Assembly: GCA_964642475.1 (NCBI GenBank)
Contig: CAZXRC010000002.1
Location: 148,028-212,027, forward strand
Length of the DNA: 64,000 nt
DNA from: an uncultured Gemmatimonadaceae bacterium
GTDB taxonomy: Bacteria > Gemmatimonadota > Gemmatimonadetes > Gemmatimonadales > GWC2-71-9
Direction: 5' to 3'
The translations under genes and the position numbers were made by a program. Shown one piece after another: positions 55,431 through 64,000 of the stretch; the first letter of the stretch is position 1; each line of letters begins with the position of its first letter. Below the pieces are notes generated by a model. That model did not search any database. It saw nothing but the letters and a program-made list of their open reading frames with translations, and was not told where the DNA came from.

Positions 55431-56783
55431 ATGACTTCCGCCACCGGGGCCAGCTCCCCCCGGGCCCTGCTCACGGACCTCTACTGGACCGCCGTCACCG
55501 CGGCGGCTCCCGGTCCGGCCCTCACCCGCTCGCTCGAGTCCCACACAGCCCCCACGGCCCGGCCGGTCCACCTCCTTGCTCTAGGCAAGGCGGCCCTGCC
55601 GATGGCGACCGCGGCGGTCCACCTGCTTGGCTCCCGCAACCAGTCGCCCGCCGGCGGCCTGCTCGTGGTTCCCGAGCCGGGGGTTGCGCCTCACCCGGCC
55701 CTGGCCGTGGCGGTGGGCGATCATCCTCAACCGGGCGCGGCTTCGTTCGCCGCGGCGGAGCGGCTGGCCGAGGCCGTGGCCCGGGTGCGACCGGGCGAGG
55801 AGGTCTGGGTGCTCCTGTCGGGAGGCACGACCAGCCTGATCGGAGCGCCGATTCCGGGCATCGCCCCGACCGACCTGAGTGAGCTCTACCGCCTGTTGCT
55901 GGGATCCGGGCTCGATATTACGGCCATGAATCGGATCCGCAAACGCTTCGCACGCTGGGCCGGGGGTCGGCTGGCCGCCGCGCTGGCCCCGGCGCACGTG
56001 AAAAATTTCACAATCTCGGACGTCATCGGCGACGATCTGGGTGCCATCGGTTCAGGTCCCTGCGTGCCGGATGTGTCCAGCGCGGCGGATGTGCGAGCCC
56101 TGCTCGTGACCGCCGGCCTATGGATGAAGATCCCGCCCCCGTTGCGGGATCACCTCGAAGCCGTGGAACGGGGAACTGCGGCCGAGACGCCCAAGCCCGG
56201 CGATCCTGCCTTCGGTACCACCGAAGTCCACCTGGTTGCGAGCAATCGGTTGGCGCTGGAGGCCGTCTGTACCCGGGCGCGGGCCTTGGGGATGACCGCT
56301 CGGTTGCTCAACGCCGAGCTTTCTGGCGAAGCGGCCCACGTGGGACGGGCCCTGGCGTCAACCCTGCTCGATTATGATGGCACACAAGTGTCGGCCACGC
56401 AAGTCATAGAGCCGAATAATCATGCAATAGCTGTTTGGGGGGGTGAGACGACGGTCACCCTCGGCCCCAACCCCGGCCTGGGAGGCCGCTCCCAGGAACT
56501 CGCGCTCGCCGCCAATCAGGTTTTCGCCGGCTCCACCCGGGCAGACGGCAGGGCGGTGCACCTTCTCGCGGCCGGTACCGATGGTCGGGACGGACCGACC
56601 GATGCGGCTGGCGGGTTCGCGGATGCGGCTACCTGGGAGGCCATCAAGCAGGCCGGACGCGATCCCCTGCTGGACCTGGAGCGGCACGAAAGCAATGCCG
56701 CGCTGCGAGCCGGCAATTCTCTCTTCGTCACCGGCATGACCGGCACCAACGTGATGGACCTGGTGATCGGGTTGCTGCGGTAG
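55431..56783 (+). CDS. glycerate kinase, MOFRL/TtuD-type (glycerate 2-kinase family)
   Basis: LLALGKAALPMA.., LLSGGTTSLI, ISDVIGDDLGAIGSGP and WGGETTV..GGRSQELAL fit the DUF4147+MOFRL layout. Start ATG 55431, inside track ORF 55074..56783. Confidence 0.85.
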   Translation: MTSATGASSPRALLTDLYWTAVTAAAPGPALTRSLESHTAPTARPVHLLALGKAALPMATAAVHLLGSRNQSPAGGLLVVPEPGVAPHPALAVAVGDHPQPGAASFAAAERLAEAVARVRPGEEVWVLLSGGTTSLIGAPIPGIAPTDLSELYRLLLGSGLDITAMNRIRKRFARWAGGRLAAALAPAHVKNFTISDVIGDDLGAIGSGPCVPDVSSAADVRALLVTAGLWMKIPPPLRDHLEAVERGTAAETPKPGDPAFGTTEVHLVASNRLALEAVCTRARALGMTARLLNAELSGEAAHVGRALASTLLDYDGTQVSATQVIEPNNHAIAVWGGETTVTLGPNPGLGGRSQELALAANQVFAGSTRADGRAVHLLAAGTDGRDGPTDAAGGFADAATWEAIKQAGRDPLLDLERHESNAALRAGNSLFVTGMTGTNVMDLVIGLLR

Positions 56784-56787
56784 GTCT

Positions 56788-56806
56788 GCCGGCCCTCAGG
56801 GCCGGC
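56788..56806. terminator. palindrome between convergent genes
   Basis: GCCGGCCCT-C-AGGGCCGGC lies between stop 56781-56783 (+) and stop 56796-56798 (-), and overlaps the latter. Confidence 0.4.
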
Positions 56807-57224
56807 CATCCTCGTCGGCCTGAAAGTCCTTCCCCAGGATCACGCTGACATCCACCCGCCGCAACGAGTCCTGCTGCATCGCGACCTGGCCCACCCCCAA
56901 GGCCGCCCGCACCTCTTCGGCCCGCCTCCGATTCCCCCGCCGCGCAATCACCAGGGTGCTCTCGGCCGGCTCCACCGAGGTACCGAAGTAGACCACATCG
57001 ATCCCCATCCGCCGGAGCCGCCGGGTACCCAGCCGGCCCAGGCCGGTGCGGCCGCTGCCGTTGAGCACCTCGACCATGATGCGCCCTTCGGCGGAGGGAA
57101 TGTCGAACGCATGGCCCTCGACCCGGTCCCGCCGGAAAAGGCGGCCCAGCAGCAGGAGGACCAGCAGGCCCAGCAGGAGCCCGCCGGCGATCAGCCAGCG
57201 GCGGGCGGGAGCAGTGAGTTCCAA
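56796..57224 (-). CDS. LytR_C-domain membrane protein
   Basis: A TM segment (RRWLIAGGLLLGLLVLLLLGRLF), then VEVLNGSGRTGLGRLGTRRLRRMGIDVV...VIARRGNRRRAEEVRAALG, typical of the LytR C-terminal domain. There is no in-frame ATG upstream of the TM. TTG 57224 is proposed with low confidence in the start. Confidence 0.65.
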   Translation of the reverse strand: MELTAPARRWLIAGGLLLGLLVLLLLGRLFRRDRVEGHAFDIPSAEGRIMVEVLNGSGRTGLGRLGTRRLRRMGIDVVYFGTSVEPAESTLVIARRGNRRRAEEVRAALGVGQVAMQQDSLRRVDVSVILGKDFQADEDGRP

Positions 57225-57781
57225 AAGCGGACCGTCGGATCGGGGAGAGCCCAGCCGGCCAGCACCGCACGGCTGATGCGATAGCGGGCCACGTCCCGCA
57301 GCACCGCCTGGGAATCGCGGGGAAAGCGCTGGGCCAGCTCCGCCAGCTCGGGGCGGTGATACGGGCGGCCCGGCTCGAGATAGTCGGCGCAGTAGAGCAC
57401 CCGCCCCACCAGGTCCCACTCGGCCAGCCCCATGCTATGGTAGCGCACCGCGTCGAGCACCCCGCGGTCGGTCTCGCCATCGGCCTTGGCGCGGGCCGCG
57501 CTGGCGGGTCCGTGGCGGAACTCGGCGGGTCCCGGCGCCGAGGGGGCCCATTGTTCCAGCTCGGGGGCCGGCGCGTCCCGCAGCGCATCGTGCAACCAGA
57601 CGGCCCGCAGCCAGCGGTTGCGCTCGTTATCCGGTACGCCCATCTCTTCGGCCCAATGCGCCACCAGGCCGGCCACGCGGATGATGTGCTCCATCCGCTC
57701 GGGGCTGACCACCGCCCAGGTGGGGAGTGTGGGGCGGAGGCCCGAGGGTGGCGTGGTACGCGGTTCGCCGGCGGTGGTCAT
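57191..57781 (-). CDS. HD-domain phosphohydrolase (YqeK-like)
   Basis: RMEHIIRVAGLVAHWAEEMG..RAVWLHDALRD carries the H...HD signature. ATG 57781 overlaps the panC stop (ATGA). Confidence 0.75.
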   Translation of the reverse strand: MTTAGEPRTTPPSGLRPTLPTWAVVSPERMEHIIRVAGLVAHWAEEMGVPDNERNRWLRAVWLHDALRDAPAPELEQWAPSAPGPAEFRHGPASAARAKADGETDRGVLDAVRYHSMGLAEWDLVGRVLYCADYLEPGRPYHRPELAELAQRFPRDSQAVLRDVARYRISRAVLAGWALPDPTVRFWNSLLPPAAG

Positions 57782-58632
57782 GCGAACACTCGGCCGAGGA
57801 TGTGATTGTCGATGAGTCGGGTCTGGCCCACCCGCCCGGCCAGCGTCAGGATGGTGCCGGGCTCGGCCCGGGTCACCGGCAACAGCCGGTCCGGATCCAC
57901 TGCGGCGATGTAGTCCGGTGCCAGGCCGGGAAACCGCCGGCACTCGTCCTCCATCAGCGCCACCAGCCGGCCGGCGTCCTGATCCCCGCCCCGCCAGGCC
58001 CGGTCGGCGGCCCTGAGGGCGGCGGAGAGCCCAAGCCCCTGGGCCCGCTCCGCCGCAGTGAGATACGCATTTCGGCTGCTCAGGGCCAGTCCGTCCGCCT
58101 CCCGCACAGTCGGCGCCACCGCCACGTCGACCGGGAAGTCCAGGTCCCGCACCAGCTGCCGGATCAGCGTCGCCTGCTGGATGTCCTTCTGTCCGAACAC
58201 CGCGACATCGGGCTCGACCAGGTGGAAGAGCTTGGTGACCACCGTGAGGACGCCGGCGAAGTGCCCCGGGCGAACCGCCCCTTCGAGCCGATCGGCGGAG
58301 GAGCCGGGGACCACCCGGATCTCCGCCTCGGGGGCATACATCGCCTCCACCGTCGGGGCAAAGAGCACATCGACGGACCGGCGGGCGGCGAGGGCGGCAT
58401 CATGGGCCAGGTCCCGGGGGTAGCGGCCGAAATCCTCCCCGGGCCCGAACTGGAGCGGATTGACGAAAACACTCAGCACCACCGCGTCGGTCCGGCGCCG
58501 TGCTTCGTCCACCAGGGAAAGGTGCCCCTCATGCAGGGCCCCCATTGTGGGTACCAGGCCGACGCGATGCCCCACCAGCCGGGCCTCGGCGAGCCAGGCG
58601 CGCAGCTCGGGGATGGTGGTGAACTCATGCAT
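57778..58632 (-). CDS. panC: pantoate--beta-alanine ligase
   Basis: VGLVPTMGALHEGHLSLV, SVFVNPLQF and VAVFGQKDIQQ. Start moved to ATG 58632, because the track ORF's extra 33 codons are hairpin-repeat sequence. Confidence 0.93.
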   Translation of the reverse strand: MHEFTTIPELRAWLAEARLVGHRVGLVPTMGALHEGHLSLVDEARRRTDAVVLSVFVNPLQFGPGEDFGRYPRDLAHDAALAARRSVDVLFAPTVEAMYAPEAEIRVVPGSSADRLEGAVRPGHFAGVLTVVTKLFHLVEPDVAVFGQKDIQQATLIRQLVRDLDFPVDVAVAPTVREADGLALSSRNAYLTAAERAQGLGLSAALRAADRAWRGGDQDAGRLVALMEDECRRFPGLAPDYIAAVDPDRLLPVTRAEPGTILTLAGRVGQTRLIDNHILGRVFA

Positions 58633-58633
58633 G

Positions 58634-58743
58634 TTGGCGGGCCGTTGGCCATTGGCCGCTGGCCGATAGCCGCTGCTCCTTGGGAGGAAGGATTCGGGGA
58701 AGCGGACCATTCGTCTGAGGCCTACGGCCAACAGCCAATGGCC
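58634..58743. repeat. inverted tandem-heptamer hairpin, GGCCGTT family
   Basis: GCCGTTG GCCATTG GCCGCTG GCCGATA GCC (58641-58671) versus GGCCTACGGCCAACAGCCAATGGCC (58719-58743). About 80% complementary. It runs from 2 nt past the panC ATG to the panB stop codon. Confidence 0.85.
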
Positions 58744-59552
58744 TATTCAAAACTGTGCTCCCTGGTCGGATACCGCCCCGCCCGCACGTCGGTCGCGAAG
58801 GCGCCCGCGGCGGCCCGCACCGTGGCCGCGAGATCGGCGTAGGTCTTGAGAAACCTGGGGTTGAACCCCTCGTTGAGCCCCAGCATATCGTGAAGCACCA
58901 GGACCTGCCCATCGCAGCCGGGGCCAGCGCCGATACCGATCGTCGGTGCGCCGATCGATTTGCTCACCGCCTCCGCCAGCGGCGCGGGGACCAGCTCCAG
59001 CACGATGGCACAGGCGCCGGCGTCCTCCAGGAATTTCGCGTCCGAGCGCACCCGGTCGGCGGCGGCCCGATCCCGACCCTGCACCCTGGGCCCGCCCAGC
59101 TGGTGGATCGCCTGGGGCGTGAGGCCCAGGTGGCCCATCACCGGGATGCCGACGCGCACCAGGGCCCGCACCGTCTCGGCCATCGGCTCCCCCCCCTCGA
59201 GCTTTACCCCGTGGGCTCCGGTCTCCTGCAGGACCCGGCCGGCGTTGCGAATGGCCTCCGCCACCGAGACCTGGTAGGTGAGAAAAGGCAGGTCGACGAA
59301 CACCAGCGAGCGGCCGGCGCCCCGGACCACCGAGGCGGCGTGGTAGATCATCTGGTCGAGCGTGGCGCTCAGGGTGTTCGCTTTCCCGGCGAGGACCTGG
59401 TTCACGGAGTCGCCCACCAGCAGCACGTCGACCACCCCGTCGAGCAACCGCGCGAACAGCGCGTCGTAGCAGGTGAGCACGGCGATCTTCTCGCCGCCGC
59501 GCTTCTTCTCGCGCAGGTCGGGGATGGTCAGCGGCTTTGGGTCGTCAGCCAT
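58743..59552 (-). CDS. panB: 3-methyl-2-oxobutanoate hydroxymethyltransferase
   Basis: IAVLTCYDALFARLLD, LLVGDSVNQVLAG, GAHGVKLEGG and VMGHLGLTPQ. Confidence 0.95.
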   Translation of the reverse strand: MADDPKPLTIPDLREKKRGGEKIAVLTCYDALFARLLDGVVDVLLVGDSVNQVLAGKANTLSATLDQMIYHAASVVRGAGRSLVFVDLPFLTYQVSVAEAIRNAGRVLQETGAHGVKLEGGEPMAETVRALVRVGIPVMGHLGLTPQAIHQLGGPRVQGRDRAAADRVRSDAKFLEDAGACAIVLELVPAPLAEAVSKSIGAPTIGIGAGPGCDGQVLVLHDMLGLNEGFNPRFLKTYADLAATVRAAAGAFATDVRAGRYPTREHSFE

Positions 59553-59715
59553 AGAGTTCCGGGTTCCGAGTTGCAGCTGGACTAGTCGCGGCGAGTTCCG
59601 TCACCGGCACCGAATAGCCTGAGATGGGAACCGAGTTCCGAGTTGCGGTCCCTCCAGTCGCGGCGAAACGCGGCGCCGCCGGCACCGACTCCTCGGAACT
59701 CGGAACTCGGAACTC
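59553..59715. repeat. composite element: GTTCCGA-family inverted arms enclosing a ~72-nt direct duplication
   Basis: The left arm GAGTTCCGGGTTCCGAGTTGC (59554-59574) pairs with (TCGGAAC)3TC (59693-59715) at 19 of 21 positions. Inside, 59563-59613 and 59635-59688 are diverged direct copies sharing GTTCCGAGTTGC, AGTCGCGGCGA and CCGGCACCGA. Confidence 0.8.
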
Positions 59716-60157
59716 ATTCATCGTCCGTGTCCACTTTCACCGGACAGGCCGCATCCAGCTCTTCGATCTCCCGGCCCCACCACGGTCGGTTGGGCAACTC
59801 GGGATGGGGCACCCGCAGGTCGAGGTCGCGGAGCCGTCGGGTCCCGAAGCGGACGATGTCGAGGTCCAGGGTGCGCGGGCCCCACTTCTCACCCCGGGTG
59901 CGGCCGTTCTCGTCCTCGATCTTCTGCAGCAGCTTGAGGAAGCGTCCCGGGTCGAGGGAGGTCTCCAGCAGGACCATCTGGTTGAGGTACTTCCCCTGCC
60001 CGGGCGGCCCCACCGGGTCGGTTTCCTCCACGGTCGACGCACCGAGGAGGGATGTCAGCGGCAACTTGGCGAGCGCCGCCCGGGCCCGCGCCAGATACCC
60101 TTCGCGGTCGCCCAGGTTGGTGCCGAGCGCGACGTAGACCCGCTCACGCGGATTCAT
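59714..60157 (-). CDS. folK: 2-amino-4-hydroxy-6-hydroxymethyldihydropteridine diphosphokinase
   Basis: [12 protein letters not shown], ..ETDPVG.., [10 protein letters not shown] and RTLDLDIV. Confidence 0.92.
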   Translation of the reverse strand: MNPRERVYVALGTNLGDREGYLARARAALAKLPLTSLLGASTVEETDPVGPPGQGKYLNQMVLLETSLDPGRFLKLLQKIEDENGRTRGEKWGPRTLDLDIVRFGTRRLRDLDLRVPHPELPNRPWWGREIEELDAACPVKVDTDDE

Positions 60158-62235
60158 AGGTCGTGGGAGAAGTGCTTCGCGATGGTCTCGAGCCGCTCGG
60201 CGATGCCGGCCAGCTCCCGGAGGGCCCGCTCCAGCTCGGCGTGACTCCGGGCGGCCTCGGAAGCGCGGCGGGCGGTGGTGTTGGCGTCCTCTACCGTGCG
60301 GGTGGAGACCGCGGCCACCTGCGACATCTGTTCGCTCAGGCGGAGGGCCGACTGCTCCTGCCGGGCGGCGGTCTCGGCGATGCGGCGGGCGTGGGCGCCG
60401 GCATCGAGCGTCCCGGACACGATCCCCTCCAACGCCTGGGCGGCGTCGGCCGAGAGCTGCTCCACTCCGCGGACGGTCTCGGTCCCGCGCTCCATTTCCT
60501 CGGAAATCTGGGCCACCTGGCCCAGGATGGCAGCCACCAGTCCTCCCGCCTCCCGTGAGGCGGCGCCGCTCTGGGCCGCCAGCTGCCGGACCTCCTCGGC
60601 GACCACCGCGAAGCCCCGACCCTGGTGCCCCGCCCGGGCCGCCTCGATGGCGGCGTTGAGCGAGATCAGGTTGGTCAGGTCGGCGATCTCGCGGATGGAG
60701 CTGATGAACCCGATCAGCCGGTTGGAGACCTGGTAGAGCTCGCCCACCTGCTCGGAGCTGGTGGCGACGAAGCGCTGCAGCTGGACCAGCCGCTCGATGG
60801 CGTCGCGGATCGACTCCCGGTTCCGGGAGGCGACTTCACTGGCGGTGGCGGAGGCGGTGGCGGCGGCGGCTCCGTCGGCGGCGACCTCCCGGGCCTGGCC
60901 CGCGAGGCTGGCGGTGCTCTCCCGCCCCGCCGCCACCAACTGCTCCTGTTCGGCGGCGCCGGCCCGGATGGCATTGGCGGTCTGGGCGACCGAACCGGCG
61001 GCGGAGCGGAGCTGTTCGGAGGTCTGGGCCAGGAGCCGCACCTGGGCCGTCACCTGCTCCACCGTGTCTACCAGCGGGCGGCGCAGATCGGCGATGTGGA
61101 TCGCGGTCGCCAGCTGCCCGGCGAAGGTCGACGCGACGGTGACTTCCTTCTTGGTGTAGACGTGGGGCTTGTGGTGGTCCAGCTCCAGGGTGCCGATGAT
61201 GTCGCTCCCGAAGCGGAGGGGGAGGACCAGCATGCTGATGGCATCGGGGGTCGGGGCCAGCACCCGGTCGTCGTTGCGCGCGTCGCCCACGACCACGGTC
61301 TCGCCCGAGCTGACCGCGAGGGACCGGAGGGTGCCGCTGTCGAACGGCGGATCGCCCCGGTTGGGCCAGCCCAGCGCCCCGCGGTAGACCAGGCTGGCGG
61401 CCCCCTCACGCATCCGGTAGATCCGGAAGTCGCTCCAGTCGAGCACCCGGTTGGCCATCTCCTCGAGTTGGACGAAGGCGTCCTTGAGCGAGACGTTGCT
61501 GGTGATGATCCGCTCGCGGGCGTGGATCTTGTTGAGCTCCTCCGCCCCGATCGCCTCTTCCAGGATCCGCTTGGTCAGGGCCCCGAGCACCCCCACCACC
61601 GCCAGCACCGCCAGCCAGGCCTCGGGCGGCAGCGCGCCGATCGCGCTGGCGGAAATCGCCGCCCCGATGAGCGTGATCATGTAGGAAAGCACTTCGTAGC
61701 GGAGGATCATCAACCGCTCGTGGCTCTCCAGTTTCCCCCGGACCAGCAGGGTGAAGTAGAACAGGGCCCGGGTGAAGAAGAAGTACATCCCGGCCAGGGT
61801 GAGCGCCGGCCCCAGGAACTCGAGGGTGATCCCGCTGGGCTCGGTCCGGAGAAAGACGACGGTGTAGGCCCCGTAGGCGCCCAGGAAGCCGATCACCTCG
61901 CGGCTGGCGTTGATCCACCCGGCGGTGAGCAGCTTCCGGAGCCAGAACACATCGGTGATGAACACCCCGAACCACATCGCGAAGCCCACCATCCCCGGGC
62001 CGACCACCAGGCTGCCCACCAGGGGCACGATGCCGATCTGGGAGAGGTACGAAAACTTGGACAGGGGGATCTGGCCTTTGCGGAGCACCGCCACCAGGGC
62101 GACCATCCCGAGGGTGACCCAGGGGTGTTCCAGCCAGCGGCGGTCGATGGCCAGCGCGCCGAGCCCCAGCAGAATGCCGCCCCAGGCCAGCACCTGGGCA
62201 TAGACCGCGAGCAGCCGGCGAGCGCCGAAGATCAT
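60154..62235 (-). CDS. methyl-accepting chemotaxis-type transducer with polytopic N-terminus and GAF domain
   Basis: About 8 TM segments, a GAF-like region (..[31 protein letters not shown]..), then the MCP signalling hairpin ([37 protein letters not shown]). There are ATGA overlaps with trpA and folK. Confidence 0.85.
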   Translation of the reverse strand: MIFGARRLLAVYAQVLAWGGILLGLGALAIDRRWLEHPWVTLGMVALVAVLRKGQIPLSKFSYLSQIGIVPLVGSLVVGPGMVGFAMWFGVFITDVFWLRKLLTAGWINASREVIGFLGAYGAYTVVFLRTEPSGITLEFLGPALTLAGMYFFFTRALFYFTLLVRGKLESHERLMILRYEVLSYMITLIGAAISASAIGALPPEAWLAVLAVVGVLGALTKRILEEAIGAEELNKIHARERIITSNVSLKDAFVQLEEMANRVLDWSDFRIYRMREGAASLVYRGALGWPNRGDPPFDSGTLRSLAVSSGETVVVGDARNDDRVLAPTPDAISMLVLPLRFGSDIIGTLELDHHKPHVYTKKEVTVASTFAGQLATAIHIADLRRPLVDTVEQVTAQVRLLAQTSEQLRSAAGSVAQTANAIRAGAAEQEQLVAAGRESTASLAGQAREVAADGAAAATASATASEVASRNRESIRDAIERLVQLQRFVATSSEQVGELYQVSNRLIGFISSIREIADLTNLISLNAAIEAARAGHQGRGFAVVAEEVRQLAAQSGAASREAGGLVAAILGQVAQISEEMERGTETVRGVEQLSADAAQALEGIVSGTLDAGAHARRIAETAARQEQSALRLSEQMSQVAAVSTRTVEDANTTARRASEAARSHAELERALRELAGIAERLETIAKHFSHDL

Positions 62236-63053
62236 GCCGCCTCCCCGCTGGCCGCGTCGAGGGCGGCGCGGAGTTCGGCCAGGAAGCGGCCCGCGGCCAC
62301 CGGTCCTTCCTTCCCCAACCGTTCGACCAGGGCGCTTCCCACCACCACCCCGTCGGCCAGGCCGGCCACCGTCCGGGCCTGGGCCGGCGTGCTGATCCCG
62401 AAGCCCACCGCCAGCGGCAACCGGCTCGCACCGCGGACCCGGGCGATATAGTCGGAGAGCCCGGTGGCGAGCGCGGTACTGGCCCCGGTCACGCCCAGCC
62501 GGGCCACGAGATAGAGGAAGCCCTGGGCATCACGAACCACCTCGCGGAGGCGGGGCCCGGTGGTGGTGGGCGCCACCAACCGGATCAGGTCGAGGGGACT
62601 TTCCCGCACCCGGTCCTCGACCGCGGGATCGCTTCCGGCGGGGAGGTCGGTGAGCAGGAGCCCGGAAGCGCCCACCTCGGTCGCCTCGCGAAGGAAGCGC
62701 TCGACCCCGTAGTGGAGAATCGGGTTGAGATAGCTGAAGACCACGACCGGCTTCTCGAGGCGCGCCTCGGCGATGAGCTCCAGGGTCCGTGGCAGGGTCA
62801 TCCCCTGTCGCAGCGCCTCGAAGCTGGAGCGCTGGATGGTGGGGCCGTCGGCCAGGGGATCGCTGAAGGAAACGCCCACCTCGACCAGGTCGGCGTGCTC
62901 CGCCACCCGCCGCAGCGCCTCGAGGCTCTGGGCGCGGTCGGGGTGGCCGGCGGTGAGATAGGGGATGAGGGCCGTGCGGCCCCGTCCCCTGAGCTCGGTC
63001 CAGGCCCGGCTCAGCCGGGACTCAGACGAAGTAGTCGCCGACAACGAGGCCAT
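62232..63053 (-). CDS. trpA: tryptophan synthase alpha chain
   Basis: [44 protein letters not shown] and AVGFGIS. Confidence 0.92.
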   Translation of the reverse strand: MASLSATTSSESRLSRAWTELRGRGRTALIPYLTAGHPDRAQSLEALRRVAEHADLVEVGVSFSDPLADGPTIQRSSFEALRQGMTLPRTLELIAEARLEKPVVVFSYLNPILHYGVERFLREATEVGASGLLLTDLPAGSDPAVEDRVRESPLDLIRLVAPTTTGPRLREVVRDAQGFLYLVARLGVTGASTALATGLSDYIARVRGASRLPLAVGFGISTPAQARTVAGLADGVVVGSALVERLGKEGPVAAGRFLAELRAALDAASGEAA

Positions 63054-64000
63054 ACCGGTCGGGGTTGGTCACCTTGACGATCGACCGCAGGAATCCGCCG
63101 CCGGCGTCGGTCTCCGCCAGGTTCTCCGCCCGTCCGGGCGGGGCCACGAGCGCGCCGTTGACGTCCAGGCAGATCCGCACCAGCGGGCGGTTGAGGAAAT
63201 TCTGGTCCGGATTGGCTGCCGACACGATGGCCACCTCGAACGTATCCAGGATGACGCAGGTGCCCACCGGATAGATGCCGATGAGGTTGATGAGCGCTTT
63301 GACCAGGATCTTGTCGTACCCCCGCCGGGGATTCTCCCACATCTCCCGCAGCACCTGGTCGGGCTGAATCGGCACCGTCTGGTAGCTGCGGCGGGTGGTG
63401 GCCGCGTCGTACCCGTCGGCCACCGACACGATGCGGGAGAAGATCCCCATCTGGCGGGCCCGGATCGCCTTGGGATAGCCGGTGAGATCCACCTTCATAT
63501 GGTGTTCCTGCGAGACCACGATCTGGCGGTAGGGAATCTCGCCATATCCCCGCATGGTGAACAGGGTCAGCACCCCCTGCCACGGGTGGGTCTGCATCAG
63601 CCGCCACTCGTCCTCCGAGAGGCCGGTGGTCTTGTTGAGCACCTCGACCGGAATGCGGGCCTTGCCCACGTCATGGAGCAGCGCGGCCAGGCCCAGGTCG
63701 TACAGCTGGAGGCGCGTCAGGCCGAGCTTCTTTCCGATGGCTACTGCCAGAATACACACATTCACCGAGTGGGTGAAGGTGTACTCGTCGTAATCCCGGA
63801 TGGTGGTCAGGCCGATGAGCGAGGTCTCGTTGTTGAGCACCTGGTCGACGATCGCCTGCACCGCCCGCTTCACCTTGGCCACCGAGGTGGTCCGCCCCAG
63901 GCGGACGCTGTTGATCAGGTCCTTGGTGACCGCCACGCCGTGGGAGTAGGTCCGCTTGGCCTGTTCCCGGGCCCGCTCCGCCTCCGCCACCTTGTCCTCG
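63022..64000 (-). CDS. HD-GYP domain phosphodiesterase (5' end probably beyond the window)
   Basis: LLHDVGKARIP and QEHHMKVDLTGYPK (HD..HHExxDGxGYP pattern). The frame stays open to nt 64000, and the track start at 63990 is only a GTG. Confidence 0.85.
   Translation of the reverse strand, partial: EDKVAEAERAREQAKRTYSHGVAVTKDLINSVRLGRTTSVAKVKRAVQAIVDQVLNNETSLIGLTTIRDYDEYTFTHSVNVCILAVAIGKKLGLTRLQLYDLGLAALLHDVGKARIPVEVLNKTTGLSEDEWRLMQTHPWQGVLTLFTMRGYGEIPYRQIVVSQEHHMKVDLTGYPKAIRARQMGIFSRIVSVADGYDAATTRRSYQTVPIQPDQVLREMWENPRRGYDKILVKALINLIGIYPVGTCVILDTFEVAIVSAANPDQNFLNRPLVRICLDVNGALVAPPGRAENLAETDAGGGFLRSIVKVTNPDRYGLVVGDYFV

Overview
This is a G+C-rich bacterial chromosomal segment (percentage not computed; codon third positions are almost all G/C). 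It is densely packed with about 57 protein-coding genes. Roughly three quarters lie on the minus strand, and many are chained by 4-nt ATGA/GTGA stop-start overlaps. I recognise no rRNA, tRNA, CRISPR array, transposase, integrase or phage genes. The gene content would fit a Gemmatimonadota/Acidobacteriota-like soil bacterium, but that is only an impression. It rests on a kinase-linked ECF sigma factor, a CarboxypepD-type TonB receptor, a four-helix-bundle/IVS-protein gene and NtrC/sigma-54 regulation. Blocks in order: an amidohydrolase pair; rng-rplU-rpmA; an acyl-CoA dehydrogenase; a CHASE3 hybrid kinase + ECF sigma + Ser/Thr kinase; an NSS transporter and RecQ. Next comes an acyl-CoA island (crotonase, split AtuA, S8 peptidase, MccB-type carboxyltransferase, split B12 acyl-CoA mutase + MeaB). 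Then an NtrB/NtrC pair followed by a sigma-54 promoter, a ComEA-like gene and a TonB receptor; phoH-ybeY-corB-corB-mgtE; ptsN-aspS; rlmN. Last are a seven-gene serine-cycle module (sga, mcl, mtkAB, hprA, ppc plus a divergent glycerate kinase) and trpA-MCP-folK-panB-panC. The most unusual observations are four. (1) Eleven gene-junction elements have arms that are tandem arrays of 7-10 nt units, in about five unit families. Most are inverted-array hairpins. One carries a low-GC, frameshifted four-helix-bundle (23S-IVS/Avd-like) gene in its loop. (2) An eRF1-fold (baeRF1-like) protein has GGR where eRF1 has GGQ. It is translationally coupled to a HAD hydrolase and wedged between the two mutase subunit genes. 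(3) The mutase carries the Phe/Gln (isobutyryl-CoA-mutase-type) rather than the Tyr/Arg (methylmalonyl-CoA-mutase) specificity pair. (4) There are decayed remnants, notably an OmpA-like C-terminus in frame right behind the kinase stop codon.
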